From NCBI GenBank assembly GCA_964106645.2, contig OZ067042.1: DNA of 64,000 nucleotides; one strand, given 5' to 3'. Below the pieces are notes generated by a model. That model was not told the DNA's origin. It searched no databases and was given only the letters and a program-made list of their open reading frames with translations. Position 1 is the first letter of the stretch; every line of letters starts with the position of its first letter. The stretch comes from Podarcis pityusensis (lineage: Eukaryota). Below, one piece after another: positions 25,749-38,829 of this stretch. The position numbers were made by a program, and so were the translations under genes.

Positions 25749-27198
25749 GTAAACAATGTGGCACTATTAATTCCACAATAATTTACAATGGAAGTAGGAA
25801 AGAAGGATTAATGAATTATCTTTAAACTCAGAAGACCTGTGAATTCACTGCCAGAGTTGGTATGTGTGTGTAGCCTTGAATGACAGCAAGTTTTACCTGA
25901 TCTAATCAAGTGGCAGTGAAGCTGCTTCAGCTGTGTGCGAAGAGGATATACTTGCCAAGGATGTGTTCAAAATGTCCGTGTTTAAAAATTGTCTCAAGAG
26001 ATAAAGAACTTGCTTGGCTACTTGGTGCAGTGGTTTCAGGCTGTTATCCTGACCTGTGCATATTTACATGGGAGTAAAGCCCATTAAACACAACAGGTAC
26101 ACTGGTATGGTAGTTTACAAATACTGGGACTGGTTCTTCAGGGTAGCAAGACATATTTCTCTTAGTTGCCTTTGGATGTTATGAATTTCAGGATTGTTTA
26201 TCTGATATTTCTCATTCTGTTCCCAACTGCTGTGCCATTTGGTTGTGTTCTCTTGTGTGCATGCTTTGAGTTGAAAGTACATATGAATGGTGTCTCCTAT
26301 GTTCTTAATGAGTCTCATTGAAGTCTTCCTCTTGCAGATCTACTCAACTCTAGCCCTTACATACCTGTTTTTCTGCCAAATTGTGCCATTTGTGTTTCCT
26401 GTATTGTCTACTTCAGCCCACCTACATACCTTTCCATCAGTGATTCTGTGCTTGTCAGTTTTTCTATTCAGCTGTGACTTTTGAGTTTCTGCTAAAACTA
26501 CTTGCTGCCGTTTTCTGTTGTTTGCACTCCTCCTTTCCTAAATGACTGCCGTTGATGGCTGCAGGGTATACTGGATATGTTGCTATATTTGAAAAAGTAT
26601 CTATTTCATAGTTTCTCCTAAGTCATAGGAAATGGGTGAGGATGCATGTTCTATCATGCTCTGTGGAGGATTGTACCTGAAGAAATAATAGCATCACAAA
26701 ATTATTAAAATAGACTTTGAAAAACTTAAATATGTTGCTTAACTAGAAAGCTTTTGGGGGGCGGGGTTCTTCAGGACATGAGTCAGTCACAGGGAAGCTA
26801 GTAGGTAGAGAGGGTTGTGACAGTAGCAAGAGCTATAGCTGAACCTCACATTTGAACAAGTCTTAGCCACATTTGATACAAAGCCTGCCAGTCTTAGAGG
26901 TAGTGCAGTTGTATGTTGCTTGGTGACAGCATATATCTCGGCTAGCAACAGCTGGTGATCTGATGTGGTAGTAGTAAATACCTGTCACTAAGCAGGCTGG
27001 CGGTATGAGGGGGGAGGAGACAGTGCTATATTACTACTCTTAGTTATCACTCAGACATTGCCTTCAATGTTAGCATTGTGCATATATGCAGCTACTAACT
27101 GGCCTGTAGTACTCCTGCCTGGGCCATTTTTCATTTCCTGCTGCTAAACAGCTAGTAAAATGGACAAAATATGATACTATTGATTTCCCTCCCTTTAG

Positions 27199-27296
27199 GT
27201 ATCTATTTGCATTGCAAATCAAGAGAGATCTAGCTGAGGAACGCCTTACCTGCAACGACAATACAGCAGCACTCCTCATCTCTCACCTTCTGCAGT
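27199..27296 (+). CDS. FARP2: FARP2 exon 6 (FERM F2)
   Basis: [32 protein letters not shown]; tttag| and |gttagt. Confidence 0.96.
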
Positions 27297-28070
27297 GTTA
27301 GTATCTAATGTCACTTATATATTGAGCACACAGATGCAAGGAATCCATTCAGCTTCTCTACAGTTTCCTTCATCAGTAATTATTTTGCTTCTTTGTCATC
27401 CAGCAGTTACACCTTCCGTGGTTAGTTTCCTGCTTCTGTTATAGTTGCTCCCAGAAGCCATTTTTGATTAACATAATTGATTTGCACTTGTGTTGCTCAT
27501 TAACCATGCAAGCATCTACTTGGACTTTCTTGGGCTCTTTTGAATCTGATATAAATACCATTTACAAAGAGGGGGAAAACATAGGAGGCATACATTCTGT
27601 TTCAATATCTGTTATCATGCTTTCAGTAAGCCTTCATACATTCTGAATAATGTTCCCCTTTTCTGTCTTATCAGCTTGCTTTTAGAAGTTTAGTTTTTTA
27701 AAAAAGTTAAATGTGCCTATGTCGAATCTCCATGGGAACTTAACTACTCACACATATGTTGATTCTGATAGCACAGGAACATTGAATTTTCCCTTTTCCC
27801 GACACCCCTCCCCTCATGAAACAGATCCGTCTATTAGGTCTTACCAAAGTCCATTTTGTGAATCTGGTGGGTGCCAGTCATCAGGGTGATCATTTGAAAA
27901 CTTTATAAAGGGGTACCAAATCTCGTCATTTGCATCCCATATATACTATTGAGAACCAATGGTTATTGTAAGATGAAGATACCTTCACGGATCCATTTGC
28001 AAACTTTATGGAACAATTGCAATAGTGCAGCAATATTTTCTTTCAAATATATTTTTCTCTTCTATCACAG

Positions 28071-28185
28071 CTGAGTTAGGAGATTTTGATGAATCTGGGG
28101 ACCGAGAGCATCTTAAAAACAACCGGTACTTTCCAAACCAAGAAAGACTGCAAGGAAAAATACTTGAATTTCACAAGAAGCACAT
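28071..28185 (+). CDS. FARP2: FARP2 exon 7
   Basis: (S)ELGDFDESGDREHLKNNRYFPNQERLQGKILEFHKKH(M); cacag| and |gtaagt. Confidence 0.96.
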
Positions 28186-30627
28186 GTAAGTGTAAATGAA
28201 TGTTTAATTTCTGGTATTCAACATAGCACTATTTGCTGCTGCTATTGATAACAAAATAAGATTGTCTATATCTCTCATTAACCATAAGCTATTTCACCTA
28301 TACCTTCGTAGTAACGCTAGAAGGAGAATTTAGTTGTGTTGGCTAGGTGACCTGTTGGTCCTAAAAGCAAGAAAATTTGTTTGTGGCATGAAATTTGACT
28401 ATTATAATTTACTTGCAGAGTGGTATGATATGCCCAAATTTGAGAAGAATCCATTGACAAATGTCAGGACTACAAATCTTTAAAAATGTTGCTTTTAGAG
28501 GTTCCAAATTTCTGACCGTGTTCATGCACAGTGCAAACAAACATCTTAAATTCTTTCTTTTGATTGCTTAGACAGTGACAAAATCAAGGAAAAGACAGAA
28601 GTCTTCACCTCACTTTTCTTTTGAAAACCTTGTTTCTAAGTTCTATTTTTAAAAAGTAATTTAAATGCGAGGTTGTCCAGTACAAACTCCACGGGGCTTT
28701 TGAGTACAGAAGCAGAAAGGGGAAGTGCTAGCAAATCAGTACAGTATATGCTTGATTGGCAGGTAGACTTTCCACGGTGGAGTCTTGTCCCAAAGGTGAA
28801 ATATATCTCACTCCACTGAGTAGGTTTGCAGCAGAAGTTGTAAGTTAAGACTATAAGCTGGGCAGCTTTCCCTCAAAGTAGGAGTTTGGTGTTGGTCCAT
28901 TGATTTTCAGTGGGTCTACTCGGAGAATGACTTAGATGGATAGAATTGTTACATTTATTTAATACTCTTCCTTATTGTACAGCATAGTCTATTAGATGTG
29001 TGACTCTGAAACTGACCACATAATCATTTAATCTGCTCTTTTATTCTTACAATAGTATTTGAAGCTTTCTTGAATAGAAATGAAATTTAAGAAGAACCGA
29101 TTTCATGGGGTTTAAGCATAATGTTTTCCTCAATGTTTTCTCCTTTAATAGGATATCATTTTGAATCAAGATGGTGGAATAAACCTTTCAAAATAGCACT
29201 GATTTTAAACACGTATTTCAAAACTGCACTGATTTTTTTGTTTCTTAGAATTCCCAAACAATGGGTATGAGGCTGCTACATTATCATAATGGTCATTGAA
29301 AACAAACCTTAATCCAATTATCAGTGCAATTTAATGTATTTTGTTCTCTGTGCTTAACATAAAATATATTTTATTGTGGACACAGCACAGCAAAATTCTC
29401 TGTGTAAACAGGAGACTTCCAACTTCATGTTCCTCTTATAGTGCTAATGCAAAGGTTGAGCAATCAGCAGATGTGTAGCGTTCTCTGTGTGTTGATTCTT
29501 TCCTACAAACTAGATATTAAATCCCCCACAAGGCTAGGTTTCAGAACCATAAATGAGTCCTAACTAAGGGGAAAGTAACCCAGTGAGACAGCATTTGCAA
29601 CATATAATTAGTGTACATGTGAGGGGTTAACTACCCCTCCCTTCTACCAATTCTCTAAGAGTGTTCTCTACTCCATCACTATTTCGCCTGCCATTGGCAA
29701 GTATATGATTGGAACTATGTTTTTCAATCTTGCTTGGGCCTTATGAATGCCAATGTAGCAATTATACTTTGTTCACTTATGCAGTTTACAAATTAATGTA
29801 AAGTTATCCAAGTTAAAAGCAGCAGAATTGGCCAATTAACAATGCCTAATGGCCTTTCCAAAGTACTGTACAGTATCTTACCACATTTATGTCAGTTTGA
29901 CCCTAATTTATTGGTGAATATTGCAATTACGTTGAAATATTTATTGTCCGTGCAAGGTCATAACTTTTTTTAAAAAAAAACACCAAAAAATCCTAGAAAC
30001 AACTGCAGGAATATATTTATTGTTGAGAAAATTCTGTAAATTGGCTGTTCACTGGTTGTAGGATGGCTAAGCGGATTGATCTGCTTAGCAGATAACAAAA
30101 TTAGACCAGATTGTTTTCAGGCCAGTCTGTGAGGCTTAGTCGACTGAAAACATCTGAAGATAATTACTCACTGTGCTTTACCCTTGTAAACATTTGCTTG
30201 CATAGGGTAAATCACTTGGCATAATTACTGGTTTTTCTCACGTCAGAAATAAAGTATCTTCTGTAGGTGGAAAACTGAACGTTGATCAGTTTTTTTAGGC
30301 AAACATTTATTCAGGGTATTCTTCTGGTCACTAGAATAGCATAGAAATGTTGGCCATTTTAATCTGTAATAAATATATCTATAATCTGTGTGCATGAGCC
30401 TGTGGCTTACATGACCCCTTCTCCACTTTTGTGTGATGGAGGGAGGAGATACAGGGAGTAGAAGGCAACAAGCAATCTGTAACAGCCGTGACTGTTGATC
30501 CCCCAAACAGGCAGAGGAACCACAGCTTGGGAGGACTGTTTGCATTTTCAGGACTGCTACTACCCAAGGTGTTAGTGAATTGACCTAGCATGTTGCAGAG
30601 GGTCCTAACACCACTTGCACACAACTG

Positions 30628-30839
30628 TGGCACATCTACACCATACATTTAAAACACGATCAGCGCACATTTAAAGCATATCATGTCCCCCAAAGAATCC
30701 TGGGAATCAAAGTTTGTTAAAGGTGCTGGGAATTGTAGCTATGTGAGGGGGAAACTACTGTCCCCAGGATTCTTTGGATGAAATCATGCACTTTGACTGT
30801 GTGTTAGATATTCTTTAAATTCATAATGGGGATCTGCCC
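30628..30839. mobile_element. Old palindromic MITE (possibly PIF/Harbinger-like)
   Basis: Inverted ends GGCACATCTAC / GGGGATCTGCCC and internal inverted CCAAAGAATCCTGGG / CCCAGGATTCTTTGG. Confidence 0.55.
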
Positions 30840-31439
30840 TTGTACTAGGATAATACAGTTGTTCTCATTCAGAAGGCAGACTTAAGTGCAACTGTTAAGG
30901 ATTGACACCTATCAACTGCAGATAATGGGTGGGTGTGAGAACCACCAGGAGCCAGTTGTCTATATACAAAAACACAGTCAACTGATGCTATTGTAATGCA
31001 TCTGTCTTGAACATTGCAAAGCTGTTTGGGCTTGCCTGCTTACTGACTTGCTCTCATGTTTTCAAACAAAGAGAGATTAGATGTTGGCATATCTTTTACA
31101 AAATTATGGAATACGTAGCATTTTGCATTTAAAATTATGAAATACAGGGCATATTAAGGATACACTTGTTTTAAAGAATAATTAAATGTCTCTGAGTTTG
31201 ATTATGACTTCAACTAGATTGCCATTTGTTCTTCCATTTGTAACATATTTTTATGCTAGTTGATTTTTCTCTTTTGGTCTGGCACAGTAAACCTGAATAA
31301 CTCTGAAGCTTAGTGACTGCTTACTAATATGGATATGATCTCATTAAACTTGTTGAACTATATTGGAGTCTTTTTCCTGTTTCATATCTTTGGATAGTAT
31401 TATAAGTAATTAATAATATTTTCAATTTTGCTAACACAG

Positions 31440-31587
31440 GGGCCAAACTCCAGCTGAATCAGATTTCCAGGTGCTTGAAATAGCTCGCAAGTTGGAGATG
31501 TATGGCATGAGATTTCATCTGGCATCTGACCGTGAGGGAACAAAAATTAATTTGGCTGTATCAAACATGGGCGTACTGGTATTCCAG
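31440..31587 (+). CDS. FARP2: FARP2 exon 8
   Basis: [49 protein letters not shown]; cacag| and |gtagga. Confidence 0.97.
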
Positions 31588-32272
31588 GTAGGAAAGCAGT
31601 ATTTAACGTGAGAAACTTTTTGTAGTTATGCAGACAGAAGACTTTAAACCCAGAGGATAGACCCATATGCCTGCTTTAGAGCATGTAGCAATTGATTCTG
31701 AATGAATTGCTACCACATCCTTACTACAACAGTCTTTGCAGACCCAATAGACAATATGATGTTTGCAGATGCCTTTGTGGCAGCAGCACTCTTCATCAAA
31801 CCCAGATGGGATTAGTAGGGCTCCATTGCAGCAGCTTCTTCTTTGAGACTAATGGGAGCGTTTGTAATACTGCCTTCATTACGCTGGCTTGGGCTGATGG
31901 GAGTTGTAGTCCAAATGTAGTAGTAGTTCTAATAAATCTGTTACCCACCTTTCACCAGCAGGTCCTAGGGCGGGTTACAACAATTTAACTTTCAGAATTA
32001 AAAACAGTTAAAACAGGTTGCAATCACAGGAATAGTGTGGATCCTGAAAAGACCTATCTCAAATGTCAAAGGCCAGAGTAGCAAGGTCAGGGAGGGCTGC
32101 TTTCAGAACTAGAGGTTCTTTTAACAGCTTGTTGTTTTAAATTATCAGTTATCTGATCCAGACGATATGATTTAGATAGAAAAAAGGTTTGACAGTATAA
32201 GTCTATAACTTATGTTCTGTTTAAATCCTGTGTATAATATACCTCAGTTATTTTATATTGAATTGAACACAG

Positions 32273-32368
32273 GGTAATACAAAAATCAATACTTTCAACT
32301 GGTCCAAAGTCCGAAAAATAAGCTTCAAAAGAAAACGATTCCTTATCAAGCTTCATCCAGAAGTTCAT
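32273..32368 (+). CDS. FARP2: FARP2 exon 9 (FERM F3)
   Basis: [32 protein letters not shown]; cacag| and |gtaagt. Confidence 0.97.
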
Positions 32369-33420
32369 GTAAGTACTTCCATTATAATGTCACTTCTACA
32401 GTTTCAAGCATGACTTAAATATGAAATGACGTTCATACAGTATTCAGTACTGTTAATGCCTGAAAACAAGGTTCATAGGTAATAGCACTATGATAAAAGC
32501 ATGTTAGTAAAACCCGTATTCCATTAAAGTCTGAATTCTGACTTGTCTTTCAAAGGAGCCCATGTGGGCATCTGAAGGGGGGGGGAGTTTAAAAGGAGTC
32601 TTCACACTTGTAAAAGTTGGGAACCACTGCTCTAGAGCATGTTCTCGAGACCTACATTGAACCATGATATTAAAAAATATGCCCCTGGACCCTAGAATAT
32701 GTATTTTGTCTATTTTTGGGAAAGATGATGAGGATCTTATATGTAAACAGTTAATTGTATAATTTGTAGCCACTTGATTAGTTATTACACAGGAAAGATG
32801 CTTCATGATGTACCCTAGATAACTGGTTCAAGAAAGTTAACGTTCATTGCCATCTCAGAAAAAAATGATGGGATATTGAAGCCATTGAGAGTGATGTTGA
32901 TCCTTCTGATTTCACCTCTGGAGGTTATTTATGGAGGGAGGTTATTAGGTTGTTCTTGCTTTTATTTTGATTATGTATTCTGTGTTTTTATATTGTGACA
33001 TTATCCTGTGAACTGCCCTGAGACCTGCGGGTATAGGAATTACTATTATTATTGACATCCCAGTCACATGGGTTGCAAATCCCTTTGAAATACGATTTTA
33101 TTGGGTGGCTTCTATAGATAGGCACGACCTTTTTCTTTATTCCCATTTCCTTCATTGTACAATGTAAGTTGTGTTTTTCTACCCCATTTACAATTTTATA
33201 ATCGAATCCATTATATTCACTCCTGATTTTTTTCTTTTTCTTTTGACTTTATTATCAAAAGCTCCTTGTCTTGAATATATATTATTTGTTGTTATTTTTT
33301 GTTTTTCTCTTCACTTCTATCATCTATTTTTGTTGAATAAAGTTTTATTAAATATTTTCTCATTGTAACCTTAAATGTGTAGAGGTAGAATGATAAAGAC
33401 CCATTGTGTTTCATTTCTAG

Positions 33421-33584
33421 GGTCCATATCAAGACACTCTGGAGTTTCTGTTGGGAAGTAGAGATGAGTGCAAGAACTTCTGGAAAATATGTGTTGAATA
33501 TCACACTTTCTTCAGGCTATTTGATCAGCCAAAACCAAAGTCAAAAGCAGTCTTTTTCAGCAGAGGGTCATCTTTCAGATACAG
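33421..33584 (+). CDS. FARP2: FARP2 exon 10 (end of F3, FA domain)
   Basis: [54 protein letters not shown](S); tctag| and |gtatga. Confidence 0.97.
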
Positions 33585-33759
33585 GTATGATATAACCCAG
33601 TTCATTTTGATCCAAGAAAATGGAACCAAGAAAAACTTTGGAAGTAATTCCTTTTAAATTAAAGGTTTAGGATCTTTATTTCTTGAGTACAAGAAGCCCA
33701 GAATTTTATGTACTTTTCCTGGAGATTTTTTTGTAACATTCACATTTATTTCTTCACAG

Positions 33760-33828
33760 TGGGCGTACACAGAAACAATTGGTGGATTATGTTAAAGAAA
33801 GTGGGTTGAAAAAAATCCCATATGAAAG
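33760..33828 (+). CDS. FARP2: FARP2 exon 11 (FA)
   Basis: GRTQKQLVDYVKESGLKKIPYE(R); cacag| and |gtaaca. Confidence 0.96.
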
Positions 33829-34730
33829 GTAACAAGCTCTTTTATATAAGCAAAGAGTCTTTGATGTTCTTATTTTGTAACTTCCTTAGTCTAGTCTACA
33901 ATAATGAAAGGCCTTTTTTCCTAGAGATTGTAAACTGTTAAAGTATTATTTGACATTTTTATATTTCAAATTTAATTAATTAAAATGCTTAGATACTTGA
34001 CACTGGGAATTATGTTGAGTAGGAAGGAGCTGAAATTGACAAACCATTTAACATGTTTCAAATTCAGAAAAGTGATTTGATTGAATGGCATGAAAATATG
34101 TTGGCTTAAACTTCACTTTCCTTCACATAGTACCAACTGGAGACATGTAGTCTTTTTTTTTTTTGTTCCAATGTTGTAAACCATCTTGCATTTGCTCATT
34201 GTTATACTTACCGGATGGTATCCAGAGCTTCCCTTTTGCTGACAAAAAAGCATCCGTCAGCAGAACAGGGAGGGAGATGATTTCTGGTCATTCTTCTTCC
34301 ATTCTGCAGCCCCCTGCACACCCCAAAATTGGCTATTGAGAGTTTGGAGAGGTGTACCAGATCTTGAGAATCTGGACCACATGAATAAACATTTTAAGCA
34401 TTTTTTTGAATGTTAAAAATGTGTCCTATCCTGGATTTGTATTTTAGATATTTGTGTTGAAACTTACAGAATATGGAAATACATTTTTGCAGCTTTCCTC
34501 TTTCTCTAGTTAAAGTTATAATTCGCAGTCACTGTGTCTAACAGATACAATTATCCATGAATGACAAAATGCTGAGGCTCGTTGATTTATTACTATTAAT
34601 CTTTATCACACCTAGCAGCCTTATGAAGTAGGTTATGCTTCAGGAATTGCTTCTTACTGAAGGCCCCCTGTGCTTTCTGTATATAGCTAATGAAGTGATC
34701 AGGGTATCACAGCATATTCTTTCTTTACAG

Positions 34731-34788
34731 GAGGCATAGTAAAACTAGAATGTCTGCTCACACCTTGCATGCTGATACACCCAAACAG
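34731..34788 (+). CDS. FARP2: FARP2 exon 12
   Basis: RHSKTRMSAHTLHADTPKQ; ttacag| and |gttagt. Confidence 0.93.
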
Positions 34789-36120
34789 GTTAGTCTTGAT
34801 ATTAACCTGTTTTGAATTATCAGAAAGATTATGAAACTCAGCCTTTTCATTCTAAAGCATAAATGACGTCTGCATTTAAAATTATATATATATTTTCAAT
34901 CATTGCTCTGTTCAGCCTTGTCCAATTCTGGTAGTAATGTTAAATATGTGTGTACTGTTGAATCAACTTCGGAGTTTTTCAGCTTGTACAGGAAAACAAT
35001 TTTTCCTGAGTGTTTGCCCGGGGAATTTTTAGCTTTTTTCTTTTGAATGGCAGAGCTCCATGCCACATCGCAAACTGCATATAAAACCTATTTGCAAAGG
35101 AAATTTGCTACATGGAATATAGATGGGTGGGTGGGGGCACCATTCTAAAAGCATGAATCTTATTTTGGGCACATGGAACAGTGCAGTTCTTTGGATCCAG
35201 ATCAATATTTGGTCCTAAATAATTCATATATCTTTATCAGCCAGGAGCTGTAGTTCATTATCAATATGATTTACCAATGTATAGAAAATAAATCTCCTTA
35301 CTGTTGCAATAACAAAAACTTTTCTATAGATGCCATTTCAGAGTGTCAAGATTTCATGCATAATTACTGTTACAGTTAACACAGTCATATAATGAATCAA
35401 CTTTCTCTGGTCCCAAATCCAGAATTCTAAACCAACATAGTGCTCTTATGTAGACCTTAGGAGGAAGAGTTATCTGTAAGAAACCCAGGGCCAGTTTTCT
35501 CCATTCATCTACTCCAAACATTATATCTGGAAAGCATCATTAGTCATACTATGAAGAGTTCATTCATCCTCAATTTAATATAATAAAGATACATCACCTC
35601 ACAATAATTCCCTCTGCCATTTTATAAAGACCAAACAGGGCCACTTCTACATAAAAGAATAAAGGAATGAATGCAAAACAGACATGAAAAATCTAGAGAA
35701 ACCAGTGAGTGATCAATACAATCTGCCCATGTCTAATAGTCACATACTGCATGTATCCTTCCACCATATCTGAAGAAATAGGCGTTCAAGGCTCAAGACT
35801 CAATGAAATGGTTACCTTTAAAAAGTTGGCACAATATGCTTTTTTCTAAAATTAATACAAATCATGGATGACTGAACACGTGAGCCAGATTTAAAATGCC
35901 ATAGATAGAGCAGAGGGCACCGATTCACCCACCTTTGTCATGTGGTAGTGTCTCTCACACTGAAAACGGGCAAGGATGAGTCCCACAGTCTTCACAGTCA
36001 AGTCATCTCGGTAAAATTCATGAACTTGTAAACATGTTTATCTGTAAATTCAAGTGGACATGGTTAGATGTATCCTAAAACAGATTGTCTAATAGCTTCC
36101 TCTCTTGTTTTTCTCCTCAG

Positions 36121-36373
36121 AGTGCCTCATTTACAGATGGATTAAGAACCTCTGGGCCTAATGCATGTACATATGCCTCCTTTCATTCGGATAATGCGTT
36201 AGCCACAAACATTGCCAGCTTGCCCACTTTCACAGAGAGCAAGCCTTTATTTTTGGAGCCCAGAATATCCCATACAAGGAGCTTGGCCGCGGACGCAAAT
36301 AGTGGGACATCAGAAGAAACTGGGAAGAAAGTGATACAGCAGCCTGGATCACCAGTACTCCAGTCATTCCAAG
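36121..36373 (+). CDS. FARP2: FARP2 exon 13, short form (linker)
   Basis: SASFTDGLRT...SPVLQSFQ+G; strong acceptor ctcctcag|; phase-1 donor AAG|gtgttg fits exon 14 but is weak, and stronger phase-1 donors lie downstream, so the 3' boundary is uncertain. Confidence 0.75.
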
Positions 36374-37344
36374 GTGTTGGGCTTTGTAAAGTTGCAGAAA
36401 ACTGCACCCCCACTTGTACTGATGTTGAGAGTAGCTGTGGTTTAGGTGTAGCAGTAGAAGGTAGGATTACTTGTAAAAATGACAATTACGTGGATGACTT
36501 TACCACAGGTATGGCCATTGCTGCTAAACAGCATCTGCCTCAAGGTAGGGGTGCCTCACTTGTAAAACTGGTTAGCTCCCAGCTTCAGGTTTCAGAAGAG
36601 TTCATTGATGATGATCCAGCAGAAATGTCCTTTTTTGCTGGAGGTTCTGAAGCATTTTCCTATTTGTATGATGGTTTAGATTTGCAGGAGTCAGATCTAA
36701 CTAATTGTCTCTCAGAGTCACCTGCTTTAACTAAAGAAATTCTGCAAAGAAATATGATGTCTTCTCAGTCAAGTCCTGATAGGTGCTCCATAGAAGCAGT
36801 AGATATGAACATGGACCATGAGTTTGAATTTGAAGGAGAGAGTGATTTTAATGGGAATGAACAGCCTTCAGATACCTCGGAATTATTTGAAGTTAAAGCT
36901 CAGGCAAGCAGAATGCAAAGTCTTCTGAGTCCTTCTGAAACTAGTTCATTAATTAACAACCGTTCTGAAAGTAGTTCTCTCAACAATTTGACACTAAATG
37001 GTATGCCATTTTTGCACACTTATAGCTCTGCTAATCACTCTGAAGCTAGTTCAATGGTGAATTTTCCAGCATATTCAGTTCGCTCTGAGTCAAGTTCAGC
37101 TTTTCAGTTCACTGACATTATTGACCAGTTGGAACAGCTGAGCTATCCACCTACCACTACAGAAGACTCTAGTAGCACTGATGACTCATGGGATTCAGAA
37201 ACTGCAGCCCCATTAGACATAAACCTCTTTTTCAACAACCCCTTTGCTGAGGCTACTAGAGAGAATTTCACTCTTGATTTTCAGAATAATCTTAAGAATC
37301 TCACCCAGGAAGATAAAACAGAAGACACACACACAAGCCATTAA
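36374..37344 (+). CDS. FARP2: Putative FARP2 exon 13 read-through / alternative terminal coding segment (323-aa acidic Ser-rich tail)
   Basis: Exon 13 frame continues stop-free to TAA 37342-37344 in AT-rich DNA; protein-like composition with internal motif repeats; no TE hallmarks. Confidence 0.8.
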
Positions 37345-37800
37345 TATTTTGGTTGATATTACGTAAATTTATGCTTTCAGGAATCTGGTTTTGAAAGAGA
37401 AAAGATAATGTAGATTGTTTCTGACCTGGTTCATTCTAGTGATTGGATTTCAAATTTATGTCCTTTTTAAAAATCCTTATCCCAATTTTTCTCAAGCCAT
37501 CATAAATTAGTTGCTACTTTGAAGTGTAGATGTCAGTGGTGCAGACTAGCCATTATAATTTTTCTAATGTATTGTACTATGCATTTTTTATCACCCAGCA
37601 ATTGTTTAAACCATCTGTGGTGAAGGTCACTGCATCACTGAATTTTGAACTTAGGTACACTTTGCAAATAACAGACCCTCTACAAAGCATCGCTGCTGAT
37701 GAGCAGTAAATGTCTTGAAAGGCCATTGGCATATTTTGTGCTTCCTTGTTGGTGCTTTGTTAGAATTTTAACACATTACTCTGCAGAAACAAGCCTATAA

Positions 37801-37922
37801 CATGGATAGGGAACCTGTGGTCCTCCATATGCAGTTGGACTACAAATCACATCATGCATGGCTATTGGCCTTGGGAAATAGAGTGGAACAGCATCTGGAG
37901 GGCCACAGATTCCTCACCCCTG
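37801..37922. mobile_element. Short hairpin hAT-like MITE (related copies near 1810-1940, 24750-24875, 42555-42682, 61645-61770)
   Basis: Inverted GGAACCTGTGGTCCTCCA / TGGAGGGCCACAGATTCC arms and the shared GGACTACAA core. Confidence 0.6.
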
Positions 37923-38623
37923 CTGTAACTTAACTGAATCAATATGAAAGGTTTGCTTGAGCTTTTATTTGAAGATGGTACTACTTCAAGGAAATGATCT
38001 TATTATTGTTAGACTATGAATATACAAGTGGTATTGAAAGACTATATTATGGCAGTAAGAGAGTTGGCAAACCTGGTTCTCTCAGGTCTCCTGATAGACA
38101 CTGAAGAATGTATTTAAGTTGCAAAGCAGGAAAGCAAACCTTGTACAGGAAATAAACTAAAATACTGTTAGGGCTGTGTCTGAAAGGATTATATCTTGAG
38201 TTAATTAAATAGGCTTGTGTATCTTTCCATTATAATTTCCTAATTATGCCTGTGTGAAAGGGAAGATTGTGCAATATATGAACTTCACCAGATTTTCGGT
38301 GGTGGTGGTGGTGGAGAACCAGGCACATCTGGTTTCTATACTCTGTGATAATTGTGTTTTCACTGTGGATTTCCTATCATACTTTAAAAAACCACTTTCA
38401 TAATCGTCCTGACCAAATTCTTATTAGACTGATTTTATCAGTGTGCAGCTCAGCATAATGGAGCGATTGCCTTCGGGCTGCCAATTAGTTTGCTTTTTGT
38501 TCTGAAAGATTCACTTTCACTAGTAGTTTATCATACCTGTAGTGATATGCTCCATGTGCCTGAAATTGTTAAATCAGCAAGAATTTATACTAGTTGTGGT
38601 AGTAGCACATTAAATAATACATA

Positions 38624-38829
38624 CAGTAAACCTGCAACTTAACCCGGGGGTTACGTTCCAAGGATCGCGCCTGAAGCCAAATCACATAAAGGCAAAACAC
38701 ACTGGGTTCAAATGCGGGTGGGATTGCCAAAGTCTTTTCCCCAGGACATCCCTTCCATTTTTAAAAAAGTGTTGTTGTTGTTTTGGCCAAACACATAAAG
38801 CTGGATGTGCACAAGTTGCTGGCTTACTG
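38624..38829. mobile_element. Tc1/mariner (Tigger-like) MITE
   Basis: TIR CAGTAAACCTGCAACTT / AAGTTGCTGGCTTACTG, TA on both flanks. Confidence 0.8.

Noticed and set aside
36183-36485. Antisense 100-aa ORF
   Set aside because: Mirror frame of the FARP2 exon 13 coding sequence.
36085-37344. 419-aa ORF as a standalone nested gene or retrocopy
   Set aside because: Its 'start' is a TTG in the intron; it contains the exon 13 acceptor and begins with FARP2 sequence, so it is better read as an extended exon. No TSD or poly(A) tail.
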